64,000 nucleotides of DNA from Kiritimatiellia bacterium (GCA_050949565.1 JBMNFY010000021.1:1-64000); one strand, 5' to 3'. Positions 48,194-59,661 are shown, counted from the first letter of the stretch. Made by a program: numbers and translations. The notes: generated by a model not told the origin, from the letters alone.

Positions 48194-48321
48194 GAGGATA
48201 ATGAGCATATTTGACAGTCGAGTTATTCAGCCGACTAGAGGCCTCACACCACTGCGTGTGTCGCTTGGCACATGTCGGTTCCGGTCAGGCGCGGACTTTT
48301 GTTTTGGCCCGTGACATCGAG

Positions 48322-49374
48322 TTAGCTCGTCACATTTTCGGAGGGGATCAGCAACTCGCCGACCTCAATCAGTTGCACGGGAGTTCGGCGCACGCCGACT
48401 TCGTTCTCGACCATGAGTGCCACAAGCTGCTCGCCATTCATCAGGGCTACGGGCATTGCATCGACCCGTTCGGCCTCTTCTCGCGCCCCCTTGCTGAAGT
48501 CGCTCGTTGTGATGATGAGTCCTTGCTCGTGAGCGCCCAAGCTACCACGCACTTGTTGAACAATAGGCGACAGAATATTTGTACGCCAGCGCTTCACCTG
48601 AACCGCTAAACGTGTCTTGATCACGCCACCGACCACCAAGGTTCCGCGCACGTCGATACCGCCGTCCTTGTTTCGGTCTGTCACCTCGACCTCCTCAAAG
48701 CCAATGGTAGCTAACAGACGCCCGATGACATCTTCAAAGTCCCCCGGCGGCATCTCCTTAAGCAGTTTCAGCAGTTCCTTCCGTGCCTTGCGGTTAGACT
48801 CATCAATCTGAAACCACAGTCCCAGCGCCTGCCGCTTGGCCAGGCCGACCATGCCCTTCCCAAGGATCAGGAAACGCTGCTGCTCACCGCGTCCTTGCCG
48901 TCGCTTGCACTCCGTCAGAATCTGGGCATACATGGTCGCTTCCGGGGTTTTGCCCTTGGTATCAAGCATCTTGTGATCGAGGGCGTGCCGGGTGATTTCC
49001 CGGTAGTGCATCGGCTTGCCGTTCACGCTTTTCAGAATCCGATGGGCAGCCTCAGTGAAGGAGAGAGTCTCGCCTACAGTCGGTCCGTCAACATACAGGA
49101 CATGGTCCTCGGCACGTAGAATGTAGTCAGAACGCGGAATCGGATCGGTGTGCGCTTCATTCAATGAATACACCCCACGACCGACGCGGCGAAAAACAGA
49201 TGCTGCTCCTTTTGTCTTCGCGTCCACGGCGAGTTGGGCATTGACCGTCGCCTCAGGCGTCTTTCCCGTCGTAGTCCATAGTTTGGCCTTCAGGATACCC
49301 TCTGTGATCTCGCGGTAATGCAGTGGCTCCCCAGCCTGCTGCAACACCTTCAACGCCGCCTCTAAAACAGTCAT
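48322..49374 (-). CDS. Mrr-family restriction endonuclease with two HARE-HTH-like domains
   Basis: Two HYREIT...GKTPEAT repeats; DGGIDV...VQVKRW and GLIITTSDF Mrr catalytic motifs. Confidence 0.88.
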   Translation of the reverse strand: MTVLEAALKVLQQAGEPLHYREITEGILKAKLWTTTGKTPEATVNAQLAVDAKTKGAASVFRRVGRGVYSLNEAHTDPIPRSDYILRAEDHVLYVDGPTVGETLSFTEAAHRILKSVNGKPMHYREITRHALDHKMLDTKGKTPEATMYAQILTECKRRQGRGEQQRFLILGKGMVGLAKRQALGLWFQIDESNRKARKELLKLLKEMPPGDFEDVIGRLLATIGFEEVEVTDRNKDGGIDVRGTLVVGGVIKTRLAVQVKRWRTNILSPIVQQVRGSLGAHEQGLIITTSDFSKGAREEAERVDAMPVALMNGEQLVALMVENEVGVRRTPVQLIEVGELLIPSENVTS

Positions 49375-49898
49375 ACTGTCTCCCCTCCACTCTATGTTGG
49401 CGACCAGTTGCCATCTGCCAACCATCGCGTCACTATTTACACACCGTTTATGCAGATGCAGTGTAACAAGCCGCATCCATGAATACCAGCCCGACTTCGA
49501 CAGTTGGACGGCAAAATTTCATAAGTCCTAAATGTCCTCGTGCGTTGCACGGCACCGCACTCCAAATTTTTGCCGGACTTGCGGGTGCGGGAAGAACAAC
49601 GTAAGGACGAGCAGACGCTCATCCCTTATAGCCAAGACGATCCGACCGGGAGGAGTCAGTAAACAGGGCGATCACACGATTCTGGGGCAGGATGCACTCA
49701 ACTTTCAACGCTCAAGTGGGCGGCACCCCTCCCGGTGCTCCGCAGTGAATCCTGAAACCATCCTTCCGCACAGCGGAAGGCGGCTCGCGGGGACGCTCGC
49801 CCTCCATTGCCCGTCCCAGCGGCTCGCGGGGACGCCCGTCATTCCAACCTTCGCGTCTTCGCGCCTTCGCGCGAGAAACAGCCGAGCAGTGCTTTTAC

Positions 49899-50181
49899 CC
49901 TAAAAAGAGCAGTTGAACCTTCAACTCTCTTTGGTTTCTGGTTTCAAGGTTTCATGGTTTCATCCAAATCGGGATCGGGATCGCTATCGGGATCGATTGT
50001 TTAACCACGGAACACGCCGAACACACGGAAAGGCATGGCTCTTTTTCCGTGTGTTTAGTGTGTTCCGTGGTTCCAATCAGAAATTGCGTTCTGCACCAAA
50101 TAGGTGCGGCGCGGATCTCAACGGAAACCAATGTTTACGGGGCTTTGCTCAAAATCTGCATGCTCAACTGCTCTTTTTAGG
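49899..50181 (+). mobile_element. 283-bp MITE-like element with 18-bp terminal inverted repeats
   Basis: CCTAAAAAGAGCAGTTGA...TCAACTGCTCTTTTTAGG; further copies at 10089 and 59742. Confidence 0.7.
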
Positions 50182-50351
50182 TTTACACTCATCATTGCGA
50201 CCACTGGGTGGTCGCAATAAGAGAGGTTGACCCGCGACTTTCGACCCGCGACCTGCGGCCAGCCCCCAAAAACACACCCCAAAAACTTTCGTGCCCTTTG
50301 TGCCTTTGTGTGAGACTAAATTGGATCGCGGGCTTCGCTCGCATCCCCGCG

Positions 50352-51470
50352 TTAGATTTTCAGGAATGTCTTTTTGCGGTACATGTAGTACATGATCAGC
50401 CACATGACTGCCATTGCAGTAACCGCTTGGATGAAGTCCCCTACGGCTGGCGGCAGGTGGCTGCAGATGCCGCCAACGAAAATGTTTCCGATGAGACGGA
50501 AATCAAACAGATGCGCCATCATGTAAATGGCGATTGAGTTCGCTCCGAAAACAATGAAGAAAAACGCCCACTTGGTGTAACCGCGGATATCGACAATCCA
50601 ATAGAAAAACGCCAGCAGGACGGTCGCCAACCCGCATGCCTCAAGCACGTAGGAACTGGTCATGTACCTGCGCAATGACGGAAAGACAAAACTCCACAGC
50701 CAACCGATCAGCAACATTCCACAACCGCAAGCGAAGAGCATCTTGCATTTGACCGTTTTCTCTCTGGGACTGAAAATGATGTGCCCCATCAGCACCCCCA
50801 GCATCATGTTCCCGATCTGGCTGATGGTGTTCAGACTTGCGGTCCACCCCTTGAAAGGATGCCCGTGCGGCCCCAGCAACAGCCGGTCGAGATAGATCCC
50901 GATGTTCATCTCCGTTGAAAAACGATCCCCCTCCCATCCGGGCGCAGGAATCAACCCCCAGATCGCCCAGACCAGCAGCAAAATTCCGACGGTCACGAAC
51001 CACTGTGTCCTCTGGCTCGTGTTCAGAACCAGCAGCGAACAAACCAGATACCCGATACTGATGTATTCCAGGACGTTGTTGTAGAAATAGAAGGTTTCAA
51101 GCTTGAAGTCGAGCAGGTGTCCACCCGCGATGGTGCCCAGCACGAAAAGGATGAGCGACCGCCTGACAATGTGGAGATAGGTCTTACGCTTGCCTGTCTG
51201 GGCGAGCCGTTTCCCGAGCGAGAACGGGAGAACCAGGCCGACGACGAAAATGAAGATGGACTGGGCGACGTTCATCAGGTTCACACCCGGAACAGTCCAC
51301 GAGAATTGATGGGCTGTGACGGCGACAACATCAGGCCCGAGCAGATTGACGAATGTCTTGAAGATGGGCGCACCGCCGATTTGCGTGCTCAATATCAAGA
51401 ACATCGCGAACCCGCGTAACACGTCGATACTGGCAACCCGGTCTTGCTTTATCGAAATCTCTTGGCTCAT
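50352..51470 (-). CDS. HGSNAT/DUF5009-like membrane acyltransferase (NagX-like)
   Basis: RVASIDVLRG, TSSYVL and GANSIAIY motifs; multiple TMs. Confidence 0.85.
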   Translation of the reverse strand: MSQEISIKQDRVASIDVLRGFAMFLILSTQIGGAPIFKTFVNLLGPDVVAVTAHQFSWTVPGVNLMNVAQSIFIFVVGLVLPFSLGKRLAQTGKRKTYLHIVRRSLILFVLGTIAGGHLLDFKLETFYFYNNVLEYISIGYLVCSLLVLNTSQRTQWFVTVGILLLVWAIWGLIPAPGWEGDRFSTEMNIGIYLDRLLLGPHGHPFKGWTASLNTISQIGNMMLGVLMGHIIFSPREKTVKCKMLFACGCGMLLIGWLWSFVFPSLRRYMTSSYVLEACGLATVLLAFFYWIVDIRGYTKWAFFFIVFGANSIAIYMMAHLFDFRLIGNIFVGGICSHLPPAVGDFIQAVTAMAVMWLIMYYMYRKKTFLKI

Positions 51471-51479
51471 CGCTTTCTC

Positions 51480-53303
51480 CTAAGTTCTTTCGAAGAGACG
51501 TTGGGCGATTGCCTTGATCTGGGCTTCGTCTGGAAATGCGGTTTTGCCGTCATGCGCCCACTCGCGTATGCGCACGGCGGTGCCGGGGTCGGGATACCGC
51601 TTAAGCAATAAATCCAGCGCAACCACCGCGAGCGATACCGCCGCGAAACGGTAACCCGCCGCCCTGCCGTCGAACGGATAGACCCAGCCGGGATACTTCG
51701 AATAGTCGCAGGCCTTCGCTTTGAGCAGCGTCGCAGTGTACTTTTCACCGCCGTCGGCAACGATGTCCATCAGCGGTTGCACGGCTTCGGCAGGGCCGAT
51801 GCGCCCGAGCAGACAAATCGCCTTGAGCCGGTTGGGATACGCATAATCGACAAGTGGATCGCGCTCGCCGCCGGGATTGCGCACGATCTCTAAGAGGACG
51901 TCCACCGCCTGCGGATCACCCATGATGCCGAGTGCCGTCGCGTAGTTGGCAGAGTATCTTTTTTCGGCATGCATCGCTTGCACAAGCTTGCTGCGCAAGG
52001 CGCTGTTGCGTTCCTGCGACCCGCGCTCCGCAACATCCCAGCAACTGTAGTAGGCGTACGACGAGCGGTCTTCGTCGTCGGGCGTGCGATGGAAAACCCA
52101 TGAGACCGCATTGCCGATGTCGCGCTTGAGCGCTTGGATGATCTGGTCGTCGGCAAACGGCACGATCTCGTTCTTCGAGTAGAAGCCGACGTGCGGCTGC
52201 CGCAACGGACGCGCCAAGTTGTATCTGTCCAGATGCTTGCGGAGTTCGTCGTACGGCACGTCGCGCACCGAGACGCGGGATTTCAAGGCGACAACAACCG
52301 CAGCGGCGGCGGCCTTGCCCGACATCTGCATCTCTGCCACCATCCGCAAGCCCGCCAGAACATCGCGGTCGATCCCCATGTGGCGCGACGGAACGAGCAG
52401 GTTCTCCACGCCTTTCGCAATCAACGCCTCATAGGGCACACTGACCGGATAAGCAAAAGGCGACATCCTGCAAAGGATTTCCCAGTTCACGGATGGTTCG
52501 GTTTCAAACGCGCGGTCGGATATGCGGTGGATATCGTAAGGCACCCATGCGGTGAACACCGGCTTCTCGCAACGCGGCCCGAAAAGACACTCGCGGAACG
52601 ACAGCACGACGTCCGTCTCCACCCCCGCCTCTTCACGCGCCCCGATGTACGGGCAGGCCACCAGCACACGTCGTTTGTTGCGGAACCCCAAGCGTCCTGC
52701 GGCAAGCTCTGTCGCAAAGGCGGATTGCTCCGCCACCGGCACGTTGGGACTGCGGCACTTGCCGCTGTAGACCGGCCCCATCCTGCCATCCGCGTGTTCC
52801 ACGTAATAGGTGCGCGAAACGGTGAACTGCGCACCGTCCACCGCGCGTCCGAAACGCACCTTCGCGCCAGCCAACAAAGCGAGCGTCGCATTGCCGGTGG
52901 CATCGATGAACATGTTCGCGGTCACGTCGCGGAAGATACCGTTGCGCAGGATTTTCAGGCCGACGATCCGTTGTCCGTCGCGATACGCCGCCGCGACAGA
53001 GGTCTCGTACGCCAGCTCGGCACCGTGTTTGTGTGCGGCGCGCTCCAGCGACGCCAAGCGTCCCGGCACATTCCCCGGCCATTTCGGCGCGCCGTTGATC
53101 GCACCGAGCGTCCAGTTGCCGCCCATTGCCGCGCGCACGTCCACGCCCAGAACCTTGAGGCCCGCTTCCGCCGCTACGATCAGCGCCTCGGCCCCCGCCG
53201 GCCCGAGGCCGACAACGATCAGATCGTAGTGTCCGGCGGGTGTCGGCATCGCCGCCACGGTGCGTGTGACCGGCTTGCCGGCGATCATTTTGACTTCGAG
53301 CAT
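51480..53303 (-). CDS. FAD-dependent oxidoreductase with C-terminal HEAT-like repeats
   Basis: VVGLGPAG, FIDATGN and VPYEALI...NLLVP motifs. Confidence 0.8.
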   Translation of the reverse strand: MLEVKMIAGKPVTRTVAAMPTPAGHYDLIVVGLGPAGAEALIVAAEAGLKVLGVDVRAAMGGNWTLGAINGAPKWPGNVPGRLASLERAAHKHGAELAYETSVAAAYRDGQRIVGLKILRNGIFRDVTANMFIDATGNATLALLAGAKVRFGRAVDGAQFTVSRTYYVEHADGRMGPVYSGKCRSPNVPVAEQSAFATELAAGRLGFRNKRRVLVACPYIGAREEAGVETDVVLSFRECLFGPRCEKPVFTAWVPYDIHRISDRAFETEPSVNWEILCRMSPFAYPVSVPYEALIAKGVENLLVPSRHMGIDRDVLAGLRMVAEMQMSGKAAAAAVVVALKSRVSVRDVPYDELRKHLDRYNLARPLRQPHVGFYSKNEIVPFADDQIIQALKRDIGNAVSWVFHRTPDDEDRSSYAYYSCWDVAERGSQERNSALRSKLVQAMHAEKRYSANYATALGIMGDPQAVDVLLEIVRNPGGERDPLVDYAYPNRLKAICLLGRIGPAEAVQPLMDIVADGGEKYTATLLKAKACDYSKYPGWVYPFDGRAAGYRFAAVSLAVVALDLLLKRYPDPGTAVRIREWAHDGKTAFPDEAQIKAIAQRLFERT

Positions 53304-54193
53304 AACTCCCCCGCCGTAAGCGCGTTCATCAAATCAGGATACTGGGCTCCGGGATGCCAGACGATGCCGGGCAAATGGGCAGCCTGCGTGCGGGCCTCGC
53401 GATAGAGGTGCCCAAGCGCGGTCGCCTCGCCGCCGATGCTGAAGGTGTCATCTTCGGCCACCATCTTTTCAAAGGCGTCGTAAAGCGCAAGGCGCGCGTT
53501 GTGCCAGTCGGTATCCGCCGCAAGCCGGACCTTGAGGATGTTTTCCCCCGGCAGCGCACCGGGCACAACCTCCCGCTTATCGGTGGCAAAGCGTCCCAGA
53601 TCCCCCTTGGGCTTGCCGACAAGGGGAGCGGCGAAGAACTTCTCCTTGACCGCCTTCGCGCCCGCGTCGCGCCACGCCGTCGGCATGGTGTCGATCACGC
53701 GCTCCGCGGCAATGCTGGAATAACCGTCCGGCCCGATGATCTCCACGGCGAATCCCCTACCCGCTCGCCGGATGTCGGCGACGTTGGCATTTAGAAAGAG
53801 GTTCGCCTTGCGGTGCATGACCAGCGCGCTCATAACGTCGGACACCGGCGGCGCGTGGTAGCGGCCGTTGCCGCTCAGCCCCTCCTTCTCGATCCGTTCG
53901 CGCACCAGAGTCGCGATCTCGCCTTCGGCGGCGGTCAGCACGTTGGGCAGCAGGGCACCCGAAAACTCAGGCACCAGCATCAGCGACTGCTCCAGCACCA
54001 CGGTCTTGGCGGGATTTTTGAAGGCCGCCCCCAGCGCGTACGCCGACGCGCCGAGAAAGACCGTCTCACACTCCGCCACAACTGGAATGCCCGATAGCGA
54101 CCGCTTCGGGGTCTGCGCCCAGATCGGGCCGATACGGAACGACGCCGCCGAGGCCGCCGCCGACGCAATGAATGTCCGCCGTCTCAGATTCAT
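53285..54193 (-). CDS. Tat-exported degenerate FAD-oxidoreductase-like protein
   Basis: MNLRRRTFI Tat signal; eroded Rossmann start; overlaps the downstream gene. Confidence 0.6.
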   Translation of the reverse strand: MNLRRRTFIASAAASAASFRIGPIWAQTPKRSLSGIPVVAECETVFLGASAYALGAAFKNPAKTVVLEQSLMLVPEFSGALLPNVLTAAEGEIATLVRERIEKEGLSGNGRYHAPPVSDVMSALVMHRKANLFLNANVADIRRAGRGFAVEIIGPDGYSSIAAERVIDTMPTAWRDAGAKAVKEKFFAAPLVGKPKGDLGRFATDKREVVPGALPGENILKVRLAADTDWHNARLALYDAFEKMVAEDDTFSIGGEATALGHLYREARTQAAHLPGIVWHPGAQYPDLMNALTAGELCSKSK

Positions 54194-54389
54194 GACGCTT
54201 CGGCCACCGCATCAACATAAATCAGCGCCGAACTTACTGGTTGCGAAAAGTCGCCCCCAACCGACAGCATCGACATCCATACTGCAAGAACTCCGCCACG
54301 ACACTCGTCCATACCACTCCTCTAGTTTCACTTGTCACACCACTAGGGGGAGTTTACGATTTGCGGATGGTGAACGTCAACCGGAAACG

Positions 54390-55169
54390 CTAGAGCAAAG
54401 GAAGCAGGGCGTCACGGCAGGCATCGTACAGGTGGCTGTTGGTGGCCAAATATGCCATGCGATACCCGTCATAGGTTTTGAGTGCCTCGCAACGTCCACC
54501 GGCCCGCTCTACAATCAGACTGGCGGCGGCTACGTCCCAAAGATAAATGCCTGACTCGAAATACCCGTCTAAGCGCCCCGCCGCCACCAAGCACATGTCC
54601 ACGGCAGCAGCACCGAGAATGCGCGGACGCTGGGCGATCTCCGACACGCGCCGCATGAATTTAAAGGAGTGTGCGCCGAGATCCCACTTGTCCGCGCCGG
54701 TTGCCAGCATCGCCAGATCGAGTTGGTCCGTATTCGATACATGGATCGGCGCACCGTTACACAGCGCAGGACCGTCGCAGGTCGCTTCGTAAAGCTGGTG
54801 CATCTCTGGAATGAAGACTGCGCCCGCTATCGTCTTCTCTTTGTACTGCACCGCGACCGAACAGCACCACAACGGCAGACCGTGGAAAAAGTTGATCGTA
54901 CCGTCGATCGGGTCGATGATCCAGACGGTATCGCTTTCGGGCAGCGGCGCGTCGCAGGTTTCCTCGCCCAGGATCGCGTGGTCGGGGAAGGCGGAGAGAA
55001 TCACCGAGGTGGCGACCTCTTGCGCTTCGACATCCAACTTGTGCTTGATGTCGGTGCGCAAAATCGAATTGACGTCGCCACGACGATGCAGATTGGCGAG
55101 CACATGCTCGCCCGCACGACGCGCGGCGAGTGTGGCGATGGCTTGGAGTTGAGTTGGTGTATACATCAT
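54390..55169 (-). CDS. suhB: Inositol monophosphatase family protein
   Basis: ILGEE, WIIDPIDGTINF and WDVAAA motifs. Confidence 0.9.
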   Translation of the reverse strand: MMYTPTQLQAIATLAARRAGEHVLANLHRRGDVNSILRTDIKHKLDVEAQEVATSVILSAFPDHAILGEETCDAPLPESDTVWIIDPIDGTINFFHGLPLWCCSVAVQYKEKTIAGAVFIPEMHQLYEATCDGPALCNGAPIHVSNTDQLDLAMLATGADKWDLGAHSFKFMRRVSEIAQRPRILGAAAVDMCLVAAGRLDGYFESGIYLWDVAAASLIVERAGGRCEALKTYDGYRMAYLATNSHLYDACRDALLPLL

Positions 55170-55176
55170 GTGGGCC

Positions 55177-56413
55177 TCATGGTGTGGAACGGATGAGTTC
55201 CACCATCGTTTCAAAATGCGCAGTGCGCGGGAACATATCGAACAGTTGTGCACGTGCGATACGGTAACCGCCGTGCAACAGCACCGCGAGATCGCGCGCC
55301 AGCGTGGCGGGATCGCACGCGACATAAAAAATGCGGCGCGGCGCACATGCGGCAAGCGCGTCCGCCAATCCGGGTGCCATACCGCTGCGAGGCGGATCGA
55401 TCAGCACGGTTGTCTGCGAAGGCGTACGGATGAGCGTATCGAGATCGACCGTCTCATGCCCCAATGCTACGCAACGGAACTCAGCTTGCAGCCCCAGCGC
55501 ACGTGCGTTGTGCTGCGCGTCGCGGACGGCGGTACGTCCAGACTCCACGCCAGTCAGGCGCGTACCGCCGACCTGCATCAGGGCGAAACCGAAGACACCC
55601 ACACCGCAGTAAAGATCGACGATTTCAGGTGCGGCACGATCTGACTGGAACCACGTCTGCATGGTGCGTGCGAGCGCATCGGCGACCGGCGGGTTCACCT
55701 GATAAAAGGCATCGCGCGCGACTTGTAAAGGACCGACAGGCGACCTTTCCGTGAGCGGCGAAACATCGGGCGCGATGTGTCCGACGCGCCACCAGCACGC
55801 GCCATCGTGTTCCGTGTGGCGGAGCACAACGGCATCGCCGTCGCGTAGGTCGCGGAAGCCGTCTTGCGCGAGCAAGCTCGCCCAGCAGGGCGTTGATCGC
55901 CTCGCAAGCGAGCGGGCAGGCGGGCAGCGGCAGCACATGGTGCGACGCCTCGCGCCGATAACCGACGCGCGTGCCATCCGGGTGGCGCTCGGCATGCAAT
56001 GTGATTTTGTTGCGATAGTGCAGTGGCTGGAGCGCATGAAAAGGCGCTTCGTAGCGGAGTGCATCCGCTCCCGGCAGCTTCCGCAATAGACCTTCGAGCT
56101 GTTGTTGCTTGGCCGCGACTTCAGCGGGGTAATCAAGATGGTCGTAGCAGCAGCCCGGCACGCGCGTCGGGGTTCCGTTGTCGGGATCGGTCACGCGACA
56201 GCAGGGAGAGATACGCAGCGCCGATAGCTCAAGCGGCTCGATGCAGACGGCGCGCGCATAACGCTTTTTGACTTGCGTGACGCGGACACACAAGCGATCA
56301 CCGGGGGCGCTTTCGGGAATAAAGATTACACGCCCGTCGTAACGCGCTATACCGTCACCGCCATAGGCCAACGTGGTAACATCGGCAATGAACGTATCGC
56401 CGACCTTCAGCAT
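55177..56413 (-). pseudogene. rlmD: RNA m5U methyltransferase (RlmD/TrmA family) with one apparent +1 frameshift
   Basis: TRAM domain and YRNKI in one frame; FYQVN, DLYCGVG, DPPRSG and DMFPRTAHFE in another; switch near 55889. Confidence 0.8.
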
Positions 56414-57756
56414 GACAGGGCCTCGCCGTAGAGGGTTTGCGGTGCTGCGCGGGTGATACGTACGCGCGCCAACGTGCCGGGGTCGAGTCCGGGACGCGGA
56501 TCAAAAATGACGATCTTATTGCCGGGCGAGCGGCCCGACCAGCGCGCGGCATTGCGTAGACTGGGACCTTCGACCAAGACCTCCTGCACGGTGCCGACCA
56601 GCCGGGAGTTGGTGGCGACGCCGCGCACGTCCTGATCTTTGAGCAGGATCTGGTTGCGCCGCATTTTTTCCGCTTCGGACACGTCATCCTCCCAGGCGGC
56701 GGCTGGCGTACCGGGGCGGGGCGAATACTTGAAGATGAATGCGTTGTCGAAGTCCGCCTCATTCATCAGGGAGCGCGTGGCCTCGAAATCGTCGGACGTC
56801 TCGCCGGGAAAGCCGACGATTACATCGGTAGTGAGGGCGAAATCCGGCATGGCCGTGCGCAGACGGCGCACGGCGTCGAGATAGTCCGCTCGCGAATAGC
56901 CGCGCCGCATGCGCGCGAGAATAGGATCGGAACCGGACTGCACCGGCAGGTGCAGATGGTGACAGATGGCCGGTAGCGTCGCGCAGGCGCGCACGAGTTG
57001 GTCAGTGACACCCGACGGATGGCCCGACGTGAAGCGTAGACGGAGCAGACCGGGAATGGTGGCAACCGCCTCCAGCAGACGGGCGAAGGGTTCCGTGAAG
57101 CCGCCGGGGCTCGGCGCGTCGGACGCCTCCCAGACCGGATTGGCGCGTCCGTAGTTCATGACGCTCTGGCCGAGCAGGGTGACCTCGCGCACACCGTTAC
57201 GTACGAGCGCGCGGATTTCGGCGACGATTTCGCGAGCTGGCCGACTGTATTCCGAGCCGCGCACATCGGGTACGATGCAATAGGCACAGCGCCGGTCGCA
57301 ACCGAGCAGGATGGTCACAAACACGGAAAAGCCGGTGTCGGTTCGGGCATTGATCACATCGGGCGTTTCGTCGAGGTCGGAGACTTCGAGCAGACCTGTT
57401 TCGCCGGCAAGGACACGGGCGACCAGGCGCGGGATCGCCCCCGCACAGCGAGTGCCGACCGCGAAATCAAGACCCGGCACATGCTTAAAGATCTCGGGCC
57501 CCAACCGTTGCGCCATGCAGCCCATGAGCCCTACCATCCGCTCCGGACGATCGCGCCGAGAGGCGCAGAGCAGACCGAGCTTGCCGAGCGCTTTATCCTC
57601 TGCCTTGGCGCGCACGCTGCATGAGTTGACGATCACCAGGTCGGCGTCGTCCTCACGCTGGACCGGCGTGTGGCCGGCGGCTTCAAGCAGGGCGGCAGCC
57701 GCTTCGGAGTCGCGGACATTCATTTGGCAGCCGTAGGTGTGGAGGATGAATCGCAT
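56407..57756 (-). CDS. miaB: tRNA methylthiotransferase MiaB
   Basis: TYGCQMN, NSCSVR, GCMAQ, GCDRRCAYC radical SAM motif; C-terminal TRAM domain. Confidence 0.93.
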   Translation of the reverse strand: MRFILHTYGCQMNVRDSEAAAALLEAAGHTPVQREDDADLVIVNSCSVRAKAEDKALGKLGLLCASRRDRPERMVGLMGCMAQRLGPEIFKHVPGLDFAVGTRCAGAIPRLVARVLAGETGLLEVSDLDETPDVINARTDTGFSVFVTILLGCDRRCAYCIVPDVRGSEYSRPAREIVAEIRALVRNGVREVTLLGQSVMNYGRANPVWEASDAPSPGGFTEPFARLLEAVATIPGLLRLRFTSGHPSGVTDQLVRACATLPAICHHLHLPVQSGSDPILARMRRGYSRADYLDAVRRLRTAMPDFALTTDVIVGFPGETSDDFEATRSLMNEADFDNAFIFKYSPRPGTPAAAWEDDVSEAEKMRRNQILLKDQDVRGVATNSRLVGTVQEVLVEGPSLRNAARWSGRSPGNKIVIFDPRPGLDPGTLARVRITRAAPQTLYGEALSC

Positions 57757-59661
57757 GACGGTCAAGGGGTCTTCGGTTTCGGGGGCGTCGGCCTGCTCGG
57801 GTTTGGCAAGCCCCTCCGTGATTTTTTCAATGATGCTAACGTAGGACCAGTCCGGGTTCTCGAGTTCCCCGAAGACTTTGAATTCAAGCAGCAGACGAGT
57901 AAACGGCAGTGTTATCAAGCGAGAGATGCGGCCGGCGATGGTCTTTTGTTTGAAGATGTTGGCGCGGACCGTGAAGTCCAGTTTGTCGGTGGCGATGTTG
58001 TAGGTGCCTTTTCCCGATATGCTGAAGATATTGCCTTCGAGCAACAGATTGTCGGTATGTAGCACGCCGTCACGGATGGTGAAATCCATTGATCCCGACG
58101 ATTGATCGACAAGCGACGAGATACCGGGAACGGTGCGCGTCAGATAGTCGGTGAGTCCGGCGAATATCTTCATGCGATGGATGACGCCATTGCGGATGGT
58201 TACGTGCCCTTCGCCGGCCAAATGCTCAATCGTACGTTCGTCGAGTGGCCCGTTAAGTTGGATCTTACCCGAGACCTGACCGGCACGGTCATTCGTGACA
58301 TTGAAGGCTTGCGAAATCTCTTCGAGCGCGACATTACGCATATCCAGCGCGGCATTGAAGACAGTGGCGGTCGCGGCATAGTCGGGAAAATCGAAGGTGA
58401 CCTCACCGGTGATCGCGCCGCCGCTAGGCGAGGTGCCCCGGACATTGCTGAAACGCGCTTGGTATCCCGCAAGCGTGAAATCGCCGGTCGTTTCACGCGC
58501 CTCGAAGTTCAGGATCGATCCGGCAGGGAACGAGACCTTGCCGGATAATTGGTTCGTGACGGTGCTCTCCGTCGTCGAAAGGGCCACGATACCGCGGGCG
58601 GAAAGCGTGGGTGGTCTCGCGCAGCGGATACAGTCAAGCTCGCCTTCGTTGAGAATATTTATGATGGTGAAAAGCGGTGGGATGTGCATCGTCGTATCGG
58701 CTTCGACCTTCAACCCCTCAACCTCTTCGATGTAGGCGAGGCGGCCTTGGATGGGTGCGCCATCGGCTGTCTGCGCGCTGAGCGGATCGATCACGACCGA
58801 GGTGTAGATATTGGTGCCGTAGATACCGAGTGTGCCTCTGGCGAACGCGATAGGCACGGTACGGTAGGCACAGGGGCCGACATCCACATCCAGCCGCATG
58901 GCAAAATCTGTGGTTTCGATATCGACATCAAAGGTGTAATGCGCGTCGACCGGGCGTTTAATCTCGGTGAAACAGGAAATCTGTTCAATGGCACCGCGCG
59001 CTTTCAAAATTCTGAAGAGAGGCATCAGATTATCGGGGAATGCCTGACCTTGCGCCCTGCCGTAAACGCGCTGCGCCTGCAAATCGATCGTCACTTGACC
59101 GTCCACCTTCAATTTAAAACTCGGGTTGGGCAGGTAAACGACGACTTCAGTGACATCAACACGCGTAGCGGAGGTGGCCACGATGGCAGTGAGGTAATCG
59201 GCCTTGATGCCGAGGATATCAGCCTGCTTAACCTTCAGTGGGAAGGGCGCTAAGACGGGCAACTCAGGGAGTTCTTGCGATTCTTCTTGTTCCGGCGGCA
59301 GGTCAGGCAATACGACTTGCTTGAGGGTCACGCCGCGTATGCGTTTGGAGGCGTCAAGCCCCGGCGACAGCGCAAGATCCACGGTGATTTCGTCGACCGA
59401 CACCAGCGCTTGACCGGCAACCCGCTTTGGAAAGGCTTTGACACGGTGAAGCTGTATGCCCCGTTTCAGGCTAAAGGTGGCACGTTCGATCCGCACGAAA
59501 CGGTCTTCGTTAGAGAGTGCACTTTCAAGACGATGCAGCAACGGAGCCGGTAGACCGCGCTCGAGCAGGTAAAGCACCGCCATGCAGGCCACCAGCAAAA
59601 CAACAGCCAGCCAGAGAAGGCCCTTGAGGATGGAAACGATGATTTTGAAGAGTCGCCACAT
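57757..59661 (-). CDS. AsmA/TamB-like membrane-anchored protein (reads in-frame into miaB as given)
   Basis: N-terminal TM; beta-rich body; AsmA-like C-terminus FTIRDGVLHTDNL...LEFKVFGELENPDW. Confidence 0.7.

Noticed and set aside
56407-59661. Genuine 1084-aa AsmA-MiaB fusion protein
   Set aside because: An envelope protein fused to a cytoplasmic Fe-S enzyme is implausible; a one-base correction in a homopolymer gives a stop just before the miaB ATG
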